Shown here piece by piece: positions 10,591 to 20,286 of a stretch of DNA of 64,000 nt (position 1 is its first letter; the number at the start of each line of letters is the position of its first letter). The notes under the pieces are model-generated. The model did no database searches and had not been told where the DNA came from. It worked only from the letters and a program-made list of their open reading frames with translations. The DNA is from a virus. The stretch spans positions 25,629 to 89,628 of the IMG/VR virus record IMGVR_UViG_3300028920_000056, one strand, 5' to 3'. Made by a program: the position numbers and the translations under genes.

Positions 10591-13500
10591 AAGAAAAAAT
10601 TCAGTAAACATTTCGCAAAGAGCTGCTGTCATACAAAGTTTTTTTAATAAAATCAATGTAACAAAAATACAAGATTTAGTAAGTGGACAACAGAATGTTG
10701 GAACTGAAAATACTTTTAGTATGCAGCGTAGTTCTTTTGAGAGCATTACTTCTATAGATCAAAGTAGAGTACAAAGATATCGTGAATATGAACAGATGTG
10801 TTATGTTCCAGAACTTAATGGTGGTTTAGAAATATATGCCGATGATGCTTCATTATATAATACAAATGATGAAGTAATTGAGTCTCTTTCCGACAATAAT
10901 GAGATAGCTGATAATTTGAGCGACTTATGGTTTAAAGCGTTAGATATGAATGCTAATCTTTGGCACATTATTTATAACACTTGTAAATATGGTGACGCTT
11001 TTTATGAAGTAATACCTGATGATTATACAAACCCTAAACGATTAAAATACATGAGATATATACCTCCCCAATATGTTACTAGAGAAGAGAAAGATGGTAA
11101 TTTAATACAATTTATTGTAAGAATTCCTGCTGAAGACACAAGAAGTAGTAATTATTCATATTATGCAAATGACCAAAATAGTGAAGAAGTTTTTTTAAAA
11201 CCATGGCAAATTGTTCATTTTAAATTAGATGACAAAGAATTTGAACCATATGGAAAATCTGTTTTAGAAACAGGTAGATTAGCATTTAAACAAATGAAAT
11301 TAGTTGAAGATGCTATGTTAATCTACAGAATAACTAGAGCCCCTGAGAGAAGAATATTCACTATACCAGTTGGTAACCTTCCATTTAGAGAAGCAATGAG
11401 AAAAGTAGAAGATTTTAAACAAAGATATAGAAAAACTCCATGGATTGATCCATTAACAGGTGAAATCAATTATAAAGCAAATCCTATGTGTTTAACTATG
11501 GACACTAAGATTGATTTATTAGATGGCAGGACTTTAGAACTACAAGAAATCATAAAGGAATTCGAAGAAGGCAAGGAGCTTTGGACTTATTCAATAGATC
11601 GCGAAAATGACAATCAAATAGTTCCAGGAAAAATCGAGTGGGCAGGACCAACTCGAAAAAATGCCGAGCTAGTAGAAGTATTTATAGACAACGAAAAATC
11701 TATACGATGTACACCAGATCATAAATTCTTGTTAAGAAATGGTGAATATAAAGAGGCCCAGTACCTAAAAGCAGGTGATTCTTTGATGCCTAAGTACACA
11801 AAAGAATCTTCTAAGGGTTATGAAATGGTGTATAATCCTAAAACTAGGAAATATATTCCAACTTATATGGTAGTTGCTAGACACACTCAAGAGAAAAAGT
11901 GGAACAGAAGATGGACCAAAAGAACAATACATCACAAAGATTTTAATAAAATAAATAATAATCCAGACAATCTTTTGATATTAGAAAATAAAGATCATGT
12001 AGGATTACATGGAGAATTAAGTAAAAGAAATTGGTCTAATCCAAAATATAGAAAAAAGCAATATGAGTCTAGGGTAAAAGCTTGGAGAAATAGTTCAGAC
12101 GAGAGAAGAAAGCTACAATCAGAATTAATAACTAAATATAATAAAAGCGAAAAGCATAAAAGAGTTACTATAAGTAGAAATAAAAGAATTTGGTCAGACG
12201 AGAAAACAAAAGAAAAAATATCTGCTAATATGAGAAAACCAAAATCTACTACTGAAAACATGAAGATTAAATTCGGTGAAAAATTTTGGTCTTTTATTGA
12301 TAACGCTATTATAAAATTACAAGAACAAAACAAAGTAGTTGAATATCTAAACTCAAACAAAGAATTTATATTTCATTTCAAAACTTTAACGCCAAGAAAC
12401 AACGAGTCTATTCACAGACACTTGTTAACTAAAGCTTTTAGACAAAAAGGTTATGACGGTTTTGAAGATTATAAGTATACCTTAATTGACGATAATAGAT
12501 TGTCATATGAAGATATTAAAGACGATCATGAAAATGGTTTGAGTCAAAAAAAGATTGCTAATAAATTTGATGTTTCAAGATCGGTTATCAAAAAGTTGCT
12601 CAGAAGAAATCATAAAGTTGTAAAAGTTGTTCGCTTAAATGAACGAGAAGATACAGGCTGTATTACTGTTGCAAAATACCACAACTTTGCAATATCAGAT
12701 ATCATCGTGAGAAATTCTATCAACGATGATTTCTTTTTTCCTAGAAGACCAGATGGTAGTGGTCCAGCAGTTGAAACTTTACCAGGTGGTATGCAATTAA
12801 GTGAAATAGATGATGCAAGATTTTTTAAAGAAAAAATTCTTAGAACTATGAGAATTCCGCTTGCTTATTTAACTGGAGAAATGACAGGTGATGTCGCAAA
12901 GACTTCATTATCTGCTATGGATACTAATTTTGCTAAAACTATAGAAAGAATTCAAAAGCAGATTATAAAAAGTTTAGAAAAAATAGCGATAATTGAATTA
13001 GCATTTAAACGTTTTACAATAGAAGATTTACATGATTTTAGATTAAATCTAACAGTTCCATCAAAGATTTATGAAATGCAAGAGTTAGAGACGTTTAATG
13101 CAAAATTGAGTGCTATTCAATCAGCAATAGCACTAGCCGACGTAGAAACAAATAAACCATTTTTACCAAGAGAATGGTTATATAAAAATATAATGAAATT
13201 TAATGAAGAAGAAATATCAACTATTAAGCTTATGCAACAAGCTGAAATGGCAGAAAAAGAGGAAGATAAAGCAAGAGCAGAAGCTACTGCCGGAGGCGAA
13301 ATGGGTGGAGGTATGATGCCAGGAGGAGGTATGCCACTAGGTGGTGGTATGCCACTAGGTGGTGAACTTGGAGCTGGTGAAATGGGAGCTGGCGAAATGG
13401 GAGCCGGTGAAATGGGAGCTCTAGAGGTTGCGCCAGGCGGCCCGGCTGCTGCTGGTGGTGAAGCTGGATTAGAAATAGCAAGTAAAATAATTAAAATAGC

Positions 13501-13717
13501 CGGAAGAGAATTTTTAGTTGAAAATGAGAATGATATTAGAGAAATAATAAAATTTGTTAAAGAATTCAAAGAAAACCAAAAGAACGCTAAAGATAACTTT
13601 AGAAAGAGGTCTAAGAAAAAGTTGTATGAAAATAAGTTTGATTTACTTTTCATCCAAGGTGAATTTAAAGGCCTCATAAGACGTGTGAAAAAGAACAAAA
13701 ATATGCTGAAAGATTAA
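10583..13717 (+). CDS. portal protein (T4 gp20-like) interrupted by an intein
   Basis: KYGDAF, PYGKSVLE, EDAMLIYRITRAPERRIF, DDFFFPRR...VETLPGG are gp20 hallmarks; Gly/Met-rich C-terminal tail. About 635 aa after splicing. Confidence 0.95.
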   Translation: MARRKNSVNISQRAAVIQSFFNKINVTKIQDLVSGQQNVGTENTFSMQRSSFESITSIDQSRVQRYREYEQMCYVPELNGGLEIYADDASLYNTNDEVIESLSDNNEIADNLSDLWFKALDMNANLWHIIYNTCKYGDAFYEVIPDDYTNPKRLKYMRYIPPQYVTREEKDGNLIQFIVRIPAEDTRSSNYSYYANDQNSEEVFLKPWQIVHFKLDDKEFEPYGKSVLETGRLAFKQMKLVEDAMLIYRITRAPERRIFTIPVGNLPFREAMRKVEDFKQRYRKTPWIDPLTGEINYKANPMCLTMDTKIDLLDGRTLELQEIIKEFEEGKELWTYSIDRENDNQIVPGKIEWAGPTRKNAELVEVFIDNEKSIRCTPDHKFLLRNGEYKEAQYLKAGDSLMPKYTKESSKGYEMVYNPKTRKYIPTYMVVARHTQEKKWNRRWTKRTIHHKDFNKINNNPDNLLILENKDHVGLHGELSKRNWSNPKYRKKQYESRVKAWRNSSDERRKLQSELITKYNKSEKHKRVTISRNKRIWSDEKTKEKISANMRKPKSTTENMKIKFGEKFWSFIDNAIIKLQEQNKVVEYLNSNKEFIFHFKTLTPRNNESIHRHLLTKAFRQKGYDGFEDYKYTLIDDNRLSYEDIKDDHENGLSQKKIANKFDVSRSVIKKLLRRNHKVVKVVRLNEREDTGCITVAKYHNFAISDIIVRNSINDDFFFPRRPDGSGPAVETLPGGMQLSEIDDARFFKEKILRTMRIPLAYLTGEMTGDVAKTSLSAMDTNFAKTIERIQKQIIKSLEKIAIIELAFKRFTIEDLHDFRLNLTVPSKIYEMQELETFNAKLSAIQSAIALADVETNKPFLPREWLYKNIMKFNEEEISTIKLMQQAEMAEKEEDKARAEATAGGEMGGGMMPGGGMPLGGGMPLGGELGAGEMGAGEMGAGEMGALEVAPGGPAAAGGEAGLEIASKIIKIAGREFLVENENDIREIIKFVKEFKENQKNAKDNFRKRSKKKLYENKFDLLFIQGEFKGLIRRVKKNKNMLKD
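11489..12715 (+). mobile_element. 409-aa intein with HNH homing endonuclease in the portal gene
   Basis: Block A C1-LTMDTKIDLLDG, block B CTPDHKF, block F/G EDTGCITVAKYHNFAISDIIVRN followed by Ser +1; internal HHKDFNKINNNPDNL...H HNH motif and an HTH-like segment. Confidence 0.92.
13283..13470 (+). repeat. Gly/Met-rich coding repeats (GGGMPL, GAGEM) in the portal C-terminus
   Basis: Tandem GGAGC(T/C)GG(T/C)GAAATG and GGTATGCCACTAGGT units; locally high GC. Confidence 0.8.
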
Positions 13718-13735
13718 GACTAGGAGGTCTTCTCT

Positions 13736-14995
13736 ATGGATTTAAAATATAGCCAAATGAGACAACTTACCAATTATAGCAATGATAAGATGGTAAATAT
13801 TATCAAAACTAAAATTGCTGAATCAGAAAACGCCGCTGTTGCTCTAGTATTTGATGATCAATTAATAATACTTGATGAAGATACAGATGAATTTCATGTT
13901 GCTAAATACAAAATCGACAACAGAGCTTTAAAGTTGACAAATTGGGAAAAAGTTAATTTAACTCCTGACAGTGATACTAAATTAGAATCTATTGCTAATA
14001 AATATTTCAACCCACTAAATGAAGAAGAAATTACTGTCAAAAATATGTTAGATGCTTTTAATTTGAAGTTTTCTGATGAACCAATTAAGGAGCTAATCAA
14101 CAATACTCACGTTGAAAAATGCGGTATAGTTTCATCAACACCAAAAATCAAAGCATTAAGAGAAGTCAGAAAAATACGTGGAGAGTTTTCAGATGATATA
14201 ACTGAATTATTTGAAGATGACAAAATTAAATCTTTGTTAGTTACTATTTCAGAAGATGGTCCAGTACAGAACACAATTTCTAAAATAGACTTTAAAAGAC
14301 CAGTTTCTGTTGCACTATTTGAATCTTCTTCAAATAAAGTAGTTAATTTATCAAAAGAAAAAGTCAACAAGCAACGTACAAAAAATATCAGAAGCAAAGT
14401 TAATAACTTGTGGACGTCACAATCATTCAAAAATGACTTCAGCGATTTGATTAAAGATATGAGTGAATCAGAAGATGTAAAAGAGACATTATCTAAATTT
14501 GTAAATCAACACAAAGAAATACTTCTAATTAGTGAAAGTGAATTAGAAGATTTAATTGTAAAAACTACACTTATGATTGGTGAAGCTCAGAATACTGAAG
14601 AACTAAGTGATATTTTTAAAGAATATATTAATATCGACGAAGTTCAACAAATGAAAAACGAATATATTAAAAGAAATAAAATCAATGAAGAAAATGAAAA
14701 AGAAGATGAAGAAGAAGAAATGCCACCTGAAGGGGAAGAAGAACCTGAGGAAAAAGATGAAAAAGAAAAAGAATCAACAATTGATGAAGATTCAATAAAT
14801 AAAATCTTAAAAGTTTTAAATAAAATCAAAGAACCCCTTGAAGATAAAACACTTGAAAGTAAATTTGTTAATGCTTTCATACAAAATTTAGAAGATGCAA
14901 AAGTCGGATCGATTGGGGAGGGAAAACTAAAAGAAGTTTTAGACTTCTTAAGTGCTATCTATGAAGATGCACAATCTAAAAAAGAGGAGGAATAA
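13736..14995 (+). CDS. putative prohead core/scaffold-associated protein
   Basis: Between portal and protease; helical and acidic; SD AGGAGG. Confidence 0.45.
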   Translation: MDLKYSQMRQLTNYSNDKMVNIIKTKIAESENAAVALVFDDQLIILDEDTDEFHVAKYKIDNRALKLTNWEKVNLTPDSDTKLESIANKYFNPLNEEEITVKNMLDAFNLKFSDEPIKELINNTHVEKCGIVSSTPKIKALREVRKIRGEFSDDITELFEDDKIKSLLVTISEDGPVQNTISKIDFKRPVSVALFESSSNKVVNLSKEKVNKQRTKNIRSKVNNLWTSQSFKNDFSDLIKDMSESEDVKETLSKFVNQHKEILLISESELEDLIVKTTLMIGEAQNTEELSDIFKEYINIDEVQQMKNEYIKRNKINEENEKEDEEEEMPPEGEEEPEEKDEKEKESTIDEDSINKILKVLNKIKEPLEDKTLESKFVNAFIQNLEDAKVGSIGEGKLKEVLDFLSAIYEDAQSKKEEE

Positions 14996-14997
14996 TT

Positions 14998-15378
14998 ATG
15001 GCATATAAATATGAAGAGTATAATGAAACTCTTAAAGAACAACTAGAATTGGCCGGCGTTCCTCTTGAAGAAGCTGAACCAACAGTTGATGTACCTGATG
15101 AAACTGATTTAGAAGGTGGTTTTGGAGCTAAAGAAACTCCAGAAGAAAAAGAAGAGCCAGAAAAGGATGAAAATGATGGAGAAATTAATGATGAATGGTC
15201 TTCTAAAATAAATAGTAAAGGTGAGTTTAAAATAGAATTTTACAACAATTTTGTTTATGTTTATTACAAAAATAGAAGAAGTCAAAGAATTTCTATAGAT
15301 CCTAAAGTAAAACCATATAAAAAAATAGTGAGTAAATTCGTAAACAAGATTTTTGATCATATTGAAAAAAAGAGTTAA
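14998..15378 (+). CDS. acidic prohead-associated protein
   Basis: N-terminal LKEQLELAGV matches the scaffold C-terminus LNEMLDLAGV; C-terminal FVNKIF tag. Confidence 0.45.
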   Translation: MAYKYEEYNETLKEQLELAGVPLEEAEPTVDVPDETDLEGGFGAKETPEEKEEPEKDENDGEINDEWSSKINSKGEFKIEFYNNFVYVYYKNRRSQRISIDPKVKPYKKIVSKFVNKIFDHIEKKS

Positions 15379-15380
15379 TT

Positions 15381-16013
15381 ATGGAAAAACAATTACCTTT
15401 ATTACAAGAATATCAAGATTTTAATTATGAAGTACTCATTGAAGATGTTGGCAATAATATTAAGAAGACTTATCTTAAAGGTTTATTCCAACATGCTGGA
15501 GTTAAAAATGGTAATGGTAGAAGATATCCTTTTCGTATTTTAGAAAGAGAAGTTAATTCTAATCAAGACAAAATTAAAAATCGACAAATGGTTGGGGAGT
15601 TGGATCACCCTGAAGATGGAAAGATTCATTTAGATAGAGTTTCACATGCTATTCTAGAAGCTCAAATGGATTCAGATGGAAGAGTTTTTGGAAAAGCAGA
15701 AGTTTTTAATGGACAAGATGAATTAGGTGGCACACCACAAGGTAGGATTCTTGGTTCATTAATTAAGCGAAAAATTAAACTTGGTGTTTCATCAAGAGGC
15801 TTCGGTACTACCAGAAGAATTGAAGATGGAACAAATGAAGTTAATGAAGATTTTAAATTAATTACTTGGGATATGGTAGCAGATCCTTCTACACCTAAAG
15901 CTTATCCCGAAGCTGTGTATGAAGATAAAACATATACCGAAGATTCTTGGTATAAAGAAGAAGAAGACACAATGTCTTTTTCTGATGTATTAAGTGAGAG
16001 TTTGGAAAATTAG
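15381..16013 (+). CDS. prohead protease (T4 gp21-like)
   Basis: NGNGRRYP, GELDHP, LGVSSRGFG, DMVADPS. Confidence 0.95.
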   Translation: MEKQLPLLQEYQDFNYEVLIEDVGNNIKKTYLKGLFQHAGVKNGNGRRYPFRILEREVNSNQDKIKNRQMVGELDHPEDGKIHLDRVSHAILEAQMDSDGRVFGKAEVFNGQDELGGTPQGRILGSLIKRKIKLGVSSRGFGTTRRIEDGTNEVNEDFKLITWDMVADPSTPKAYPEAVYEDKTYTEDSWYKEEEDTMSFSDVLSESLEN

Positions 16014-16025
16014 GAGGTCAAATAA

Positions 16026-17003
16026 ATGAAAAATATATTGGCTGATATTGAACTTAATGACAAACAAGTTAGAGCCTTCAATGAAGAATTGAATTCTTGG
16101 AAAGACAAAAAAACAACACAAATAAAAGAAGAAGTAAAGTCTGAGTATGAAACAGAATATCAAGTCAAAAAAAGAGAACTTGAGGAAGAAAAAGCACAGT
16201 TTAAAGCTGAATGTGAGGCAATGGTTGAAGAAATAACAACTAAGATGCAGAAAGTAATGGTTGGTAGATTTACAACAGCTTTAAAAGGACTTTATGATGA
16301 ATTGAAAGTTCACGCAAGAAAAGATGTATTAAATGATCCTAGAATTCTTGCTCTAGAAGAAGTCAAGAAAGTTTGTTATCCACTAATGGGAGAAGATGTT
16401 ACTAAAGGATATGTTGATGAACTACAAAATGCTTTAACAATGTTAAATACTAAAGATGAAGAGATTGATAAACTTAAAGCACATTTGAAGTTAAAAGAAA
16501 TTACATCAGCATTATCTCCAAAGGTAGCAGAAGCTGTCCAAGTATTCGTAAGTGATGCCGGTACACCTGAAGAAGTCGTCGAAAGATACTCAAAATTAAG
16601 AAACATAGTAAAAGAAGCTAATGACGAAGATGAAGATGAAGAAGCATCATATGAAGACGAAGATAAAAAAGATAACAAGAAAAAAAAGAAGAAAAAAAGT
16701 AAAAAAGAAAAAGATGAAGACGAAGAAGATGATGAAGATGAAGAAGAAGACGACGACGAAGATTTAGAAGAATCTAAAAAGTCTAAAAAAGACAAAGATG
16801 AAGAAGATGATGAAGAAGACGACGAAGACGAAGACGAAGATGAAGATGAGGAAGAAGAAGAGGAAGAAGAGGAAGAAGAAGACCTCGAAGAAGACCTCGA
16901 AATTAAACCCTCTTTTCATATGAATCGAAAAGGCAATAAAAAAGAAGATTATGTTAACACCCTCAACGAGATGTTAGATCTCGCTGGTGTAGAAAGAGAT
17001 TAA
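16026..17003 (+). CDS. prohead scaffolding protein (gp22-like)
   Basis: Coiled coil with long D/E and K low-complexity tracts, between protease and major capsid gene. Confidence 0.75.
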   Translation: MKNILADIELNDKQVRAFNEELNSWKDKKTTQIKEEVKSEYETEYQVKKRELEEEKAQFKAECEAMVEEITTKMQKVMVGRFTTALKGLYDELKVHARKDVLNDPRILALEEVKKVCYPLMGEDVTKGYVDELQNALTMLNTKDEEIDKLKAHLKLKEITSALSPKVAEAVQVFVSDAGTPEEVVERYSKLRNIVKEANDEDEDEEASYEDEDKKDNKKKKKKKSKKEKDEDEEDDEDEEEDDDEDLEESKKSKKDKDEEDDEEDDEDEDEDEDEEEEEEEEEEEDLEEDLEIKPSFHMNRKGNKKEDYVNTLNEMLDLAGVERD

Positions 17004-17033
17004 TAATCTTCATAAAAAATAGGAGGAACCTAA

Positions 17034-18656
17034 ATGCTTTTTGATTATAATAGGTTAAGAAAAGAGCAAAGACAAAAAATCATGAGTAAATGGACTCCAT
17101 TCCTTAAAGGAATTGAAAGTTCTAATTTACGTGAAAATACAGCAATGCTCTTAGAAAATGAAGCACAGTACTTAATGGAAGAACCAGCTGTTCAGGCATC
17201 TGATGTAGTTGGTATTCAGAAGATTCTTCTTCCTATAGTAAGACGTGTATTCCCAAATTTGGTAGCAAATAATCTCGTTTCAGTACAGCCACTTGCTGGT
17301 CCTACTGGAGTTATTTTCTACTTGAAGTACCAATTCGGTACAACTAAATCCGGCACAACTGCTCTTGATGAATATTCAATGTATTCAGAAAATCCATCTG
17401 ACACAAGTCAAGGATACAATCCATATTACTCTTCAGATGATGTATTAGTGTCAACTCTTACATTAGATGATACTGCCGACCAATTTTATTTCCAAACTGA
17501 CACAAACTTCAAAGATGGTATTACTGGAGCTGATTACACAGAAGCTACTAATGCATTATTGAAGAGAGTAAAAATAAGATTTAAGGCTGCTGTTACAGCT
17601 ACTCCAACAACTTATTCAACATTCTTAATTCAGTATGATGGAAGAGTTGGAAAAAATTACTGGCACATTAAAGAAACTGACAGAGGTGGAACTGGTGTTG
17701 CATTGTTTGCTAGCGCTACTTTAGCCGTATTTGGTAATGTAGCCGCTGCAGGTGAATATGATTCTGTTACAGGAAAACTTACAAATTGTGCTGTTACTTA
17801 TGATGACGCCGGTGGAACAGTTGATAGAATGATATCAGTCGACCCAATTAGTGCAGCTTTCACAGCTGGTTCTTCATTAACAATTACCGGAATTGAAGCA
17901 TTCTACGCTTACAAACAAGAAGCTACAACAGCTATTCCTGAGATGAAGATTTCTATTTCTCAGTTCCCAGTAACTGTTAAATCAAGAAAGCTTAAATCAA
18001 CATGGACAAATGAAGCTGAACAAGACTTGAAAGCATACCATGGCTTAAATGCTGATGCTGAGTTAACAGCTCTTGTTGCTAATGAAATGATCGCAGAAAT
18101 TGATAGGGAGATAGTTAAGAAATGTATGGATATTGTTCCTATTTCTTCTTTCCGCTACATTGACTGGGATGCTGATATTACCAACAACACATCTGGTAAC
18201 TACTTAGACAGACATCGTCACATGGTTCAGGTTCTTGTTGAGTTATCAAATGAAATTTACAGAAAATCAAAGATTGGTCCAGCTAACTGGATGGTAACAT
18301 CACCTAAAGTTGTTTCTTATCTTGAAGTTCTTGAAGGATTCATAGGATCTCCTGCTGCTGCACAAGGTGGATTAGGAATTGTCAAAGCTGGTGATTTCCG
18401 TGGCAATTTTACAGTTTATAAAGATCCTCTATTCCCAGCTAACAAGATTCTTATGGGACACAAATCACCTAACTCTCCATTCGGCGCTGGTGTTGTATAT
18501 GCTCCTTATGTTACACAAGTTACACCTACACTCTATGGACCAGAAGATTTCACACCAAGAAAAGGTTTCTTAGCAAGATACGGCTTAATAGAAGTGCCTC
18601 TGGGAGACCTTCTTTATGGCTTGGTAAGTATATCTGGACTTCCTGGAAGTGTATAA
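17034..18656 (+). CDS. major capsid protein (T4 gp23-like)
   Basis: KWTPFL, PIVRRVFPNLVANNLVSVQPLAGPTGVIFYL, SRKLKSTWTNEAEQDLKAYHGLNADAEL...EIDREI, YAPYV, FTPRKGFLARYG. Confidence 0.97.
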   Translation: MLFDYNRLRKEQRQKIMSKWTPFLKGIESSNLRENTAMLLENEAQYLMEEPAVQASDVVGIQKILLPIVRRVFPNLVANNLVSVQPLAGPTGVIFYLKYQFGTTKSGTTALDEYSMYSENPSDTSQGYNPYYSSDDVLVSTLTLDDTADQFYFQTDTNFKDGITGADYTEATNALLKRVKIRFKAAVTATPTTYSTFLIQYDGRVGKNYWHIKETDRGGTGVALFASATLAVFGNVAAAGEYDSVTGKLTNCAVTYDDAGGTVDRMISVDPISAAFTAGSSLTITGIEAFYAYKQEATTAIPEMKISISQFPVTVKSRKLKSTWTNEAEQDLKAYHGLNADAELTALVANEMIAEIDREIVKKCMDIVPISSFRYIDWDADITNNTSGNYLDRHRHMVQVLVELSNEIYRKSKIGPANWMVTSPKVVSYLEVLEGFIGSPAAAQGGLGIVKAGDFRGNFTVYKDPLFPANKILMGHKSPNSPFGAGVVYAPYVTQVTPTLYGPEDFTPRKGFLARYGLIEVPLGDLLYGLVSISGLPGSV

Positions 18657-18680
18657 GATATAGTTAAATAATGATTATTC

Positions 18681-18707
18681 AAGGCCATCTGAAGATGGCC
18701 TTTTTTG
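18681..18707 (+). terminator. intrinsic terminator after major capsid gene
   Basis: AAGGCCATCT-GA-AGATGGCCTT followed by a T-run. Confidence 0.85.
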
Positions 18708-18842
18708 TGTCAAAATCTTGCACATATATTCGATAATCGTACTTAGCATACATAAAGGAAAGGAATTATTATGCCAGAATATAAACTAGATAAATACGAA
18801 ATAGTTAAATACAAATCAAGAGCTGATAATAATATTTTTTCA

Positions 18843-18864
18843 GGCGGCTTCGGCCGCTTTTTTT
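18843..18864 (+). terminator. intrinsic terminator
   Basis: GCGGC-TTCG-GCCGC (UUCG tetraloop) plus T-run. Confidence 0.85.
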
Positions 18865-18880
18865 GTGTGATAGCGTAATA

Positions 18881-18902
18881 AGTTTCGACACGGAGATATA
18901 AT
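18881..18902 (+). promoter_or_regulatory. class A promoter-like motif AGnnTCGA-N8-TATRAT
   Basis: AGTTTCGACA-CGGAGA-TATAAT; same spacing recurs at 25995, 57465 and 58787. Confidence 0.65.
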
Positions 18903-18924
18903 TAAGTATAACGAGGAGGTAAAT

Positions 18925-19506
18925 ATGGCAAATTTTAGATCAGCTTTACAGGCTTCAAAAAAGGATAAAACAACTAAACCTAAATCTAATGTTGGAGTAA
19001 TATCTAATATACCAAACGAGATAGTAGAAAAGGCAAATAAATTCGTTAACCTTAAAAAAGATGAGAAAAGAATTCAAGCTGAAATGAATGAAATATATTC
19101 GGATATTGATCAATTTGTAACTAAAGAAAGAGATAAAGATGGCTTTTCAGGTAATTATCATAAATCATATCAAGTTACTGAAGAATTAAAACATGTCCAA
19201 AGTAATCGTTTTTCAATTAGTCCTAAAGATAAAGAAAATATAAAAAGAATGTTAGGAGATTCATTTGATGAACTAATTAAAGAAAAATTTACCGTAACTC
19301 TTAAAGAAGAAGTTTTTGAAGACGAAAAGAAACAAAAACAGTTGATGGAACTTCTTGGAGATAAATTCGAAGAATTCTTTGAAACAACTTCATCTCTTGT
19401 AGTCACAGAAGATTTTGATAAAAATATTTATAAAGTAACAAAGAATCAAAATAGCTTAGATGAAACTAGAGTTTTTATTAAACCCTATAAAGCTGCTTTA
19501 AAATAA
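18925..19506 (+). CDS. hypothetical protein (likely early gene)
   Basis: Strong SD GAGGAGG, class A motif upstream, terminator-like hairpin downstream. Confidence 0.7.
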   Translation: MANFRSALQASKKDKTTKPKSNVGVISNIPNEIVEKANKFVNLKKDEKRIQAEMNEIYSDIDQFVTKERDKDGFSGNYHKSYQVTEELKHVQSNRFSISPKDKENIKRMLGDSFDELIKEKFTVTLKEEVFEDEKKQKQLMELLGDKFEEFFETTSSLVVTEDFDKNIYKVTKNQNSLDETRVFIKPYKAALK

Positions 19507-19513
19507 ATTCTTA

Positions 19514-19543
19514 ATAAGGTGGCTATAGTCCACCTTATTTTTT
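19514..19543 (+). terminator. terminator-like hairpin
   Basis: AATAAGGTGG...CCACCTTATT plus T-run, immediately before the ligase SD. Confidence 0.7.
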
Positions 19544-19553
19544 GGGAGGTAAT

Positions 19554-20150
19554 ATGCAACTAAATAACTTTACATATTTTTATCCAGAAAAGCCATTTTT
19601 AATGTCAATTGAGCAAGATTTATTTAACGAAATAAACAATAATAAAAATTGGATAGCAGAGAAGAAATATAATGGAATAAGATTGCAATTACATTATATT
19701 AACGGTCAGTTTATGTTTTGGAATAGACATGGAGCAAAAATAAAATATAATCCAGATTCAAATCTTTTAAAAGAGCTTAATAAAATAGAACTTAGTGGTT
19801 ATTGGCTATTTGATGGAGAGCTAAGAAATAATAAAATTAAAGGAATTAATAATAAAATAATGATATATGATGTATTTATTGCCAACAATGATTTATTGAT
19901 AAATAAGCCATTCATTGAGCGGAGGCAAATATTAGAAAGCATCTTTAAAGTTGATGCAGAACCGCTTGGTTTAACGCGTCAATATAATGGGGATTTTAAA
20001 GATTTATTTAATAAAGTAATTGTTGAAGAAGAAATTGAGGGTTTAGTTTTTAAAAAGTTAACCGGACTTTTAAAATTAAGTAGAAGAATTGGAAATAAAT
20101 CTAGTTGGATGTATAAAGTTAGAAAGCCGACAAAAAATTATAGATTTTAA
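19554..20150 (+). CDS. minimal ATP-dependent ligase-family nucleotidyltransferase (adenylation domain only)
   Basis: Motif I AEKKYNGIR, III LFDGEL, IIIa IYDVF, IV EGLVFK, V WMYKVR; no OB domain. SD GGGAGG favours ATG 19554 over TTG 19542. Confidence 0.8.
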   Translation: MQLNNFTYFYPEKPFLMSIEQDLFNEINNNKNWIAEKKYNGIRLQLHYINGQFMFWNRHGAKIKYNPDSNLLKELNKIELSGYWLFDGELRNNKIKGINNKIMIYDVFIANNDLLINKPFIERRQILESIFKVDAEPLGLTRQYNGDFKDLFNKVIVEEEIEGLVFKKLTGLLKLSRRIGNKSSWMYKVRKPTKNYRF

Positions 20151-20286
20151 ATTATGCTTTCGAAAGATAAACATATGCACTTTAAACAAAATTTTAGTAT
20201 TAGTGATCTAAAAAAATGGGTTGTAATTGATAGTATATCATAGAGCAAAACATAGTTTAGTTAAACTTATATTCAGGAAACAATAA

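Noticed and set aside
16620-16900. GAA/GAC/GAT-rich repeat tract as a non-coding repeat
   Set aside because: It encodes the acidic low-complexity region of the scaffold protein.
18771-18880. Short ORF with good SD after the capsid terminator
   Set aside because: About 35 codons and runs through a UUCG terminator; probably a truncated remnant, function not supportable.
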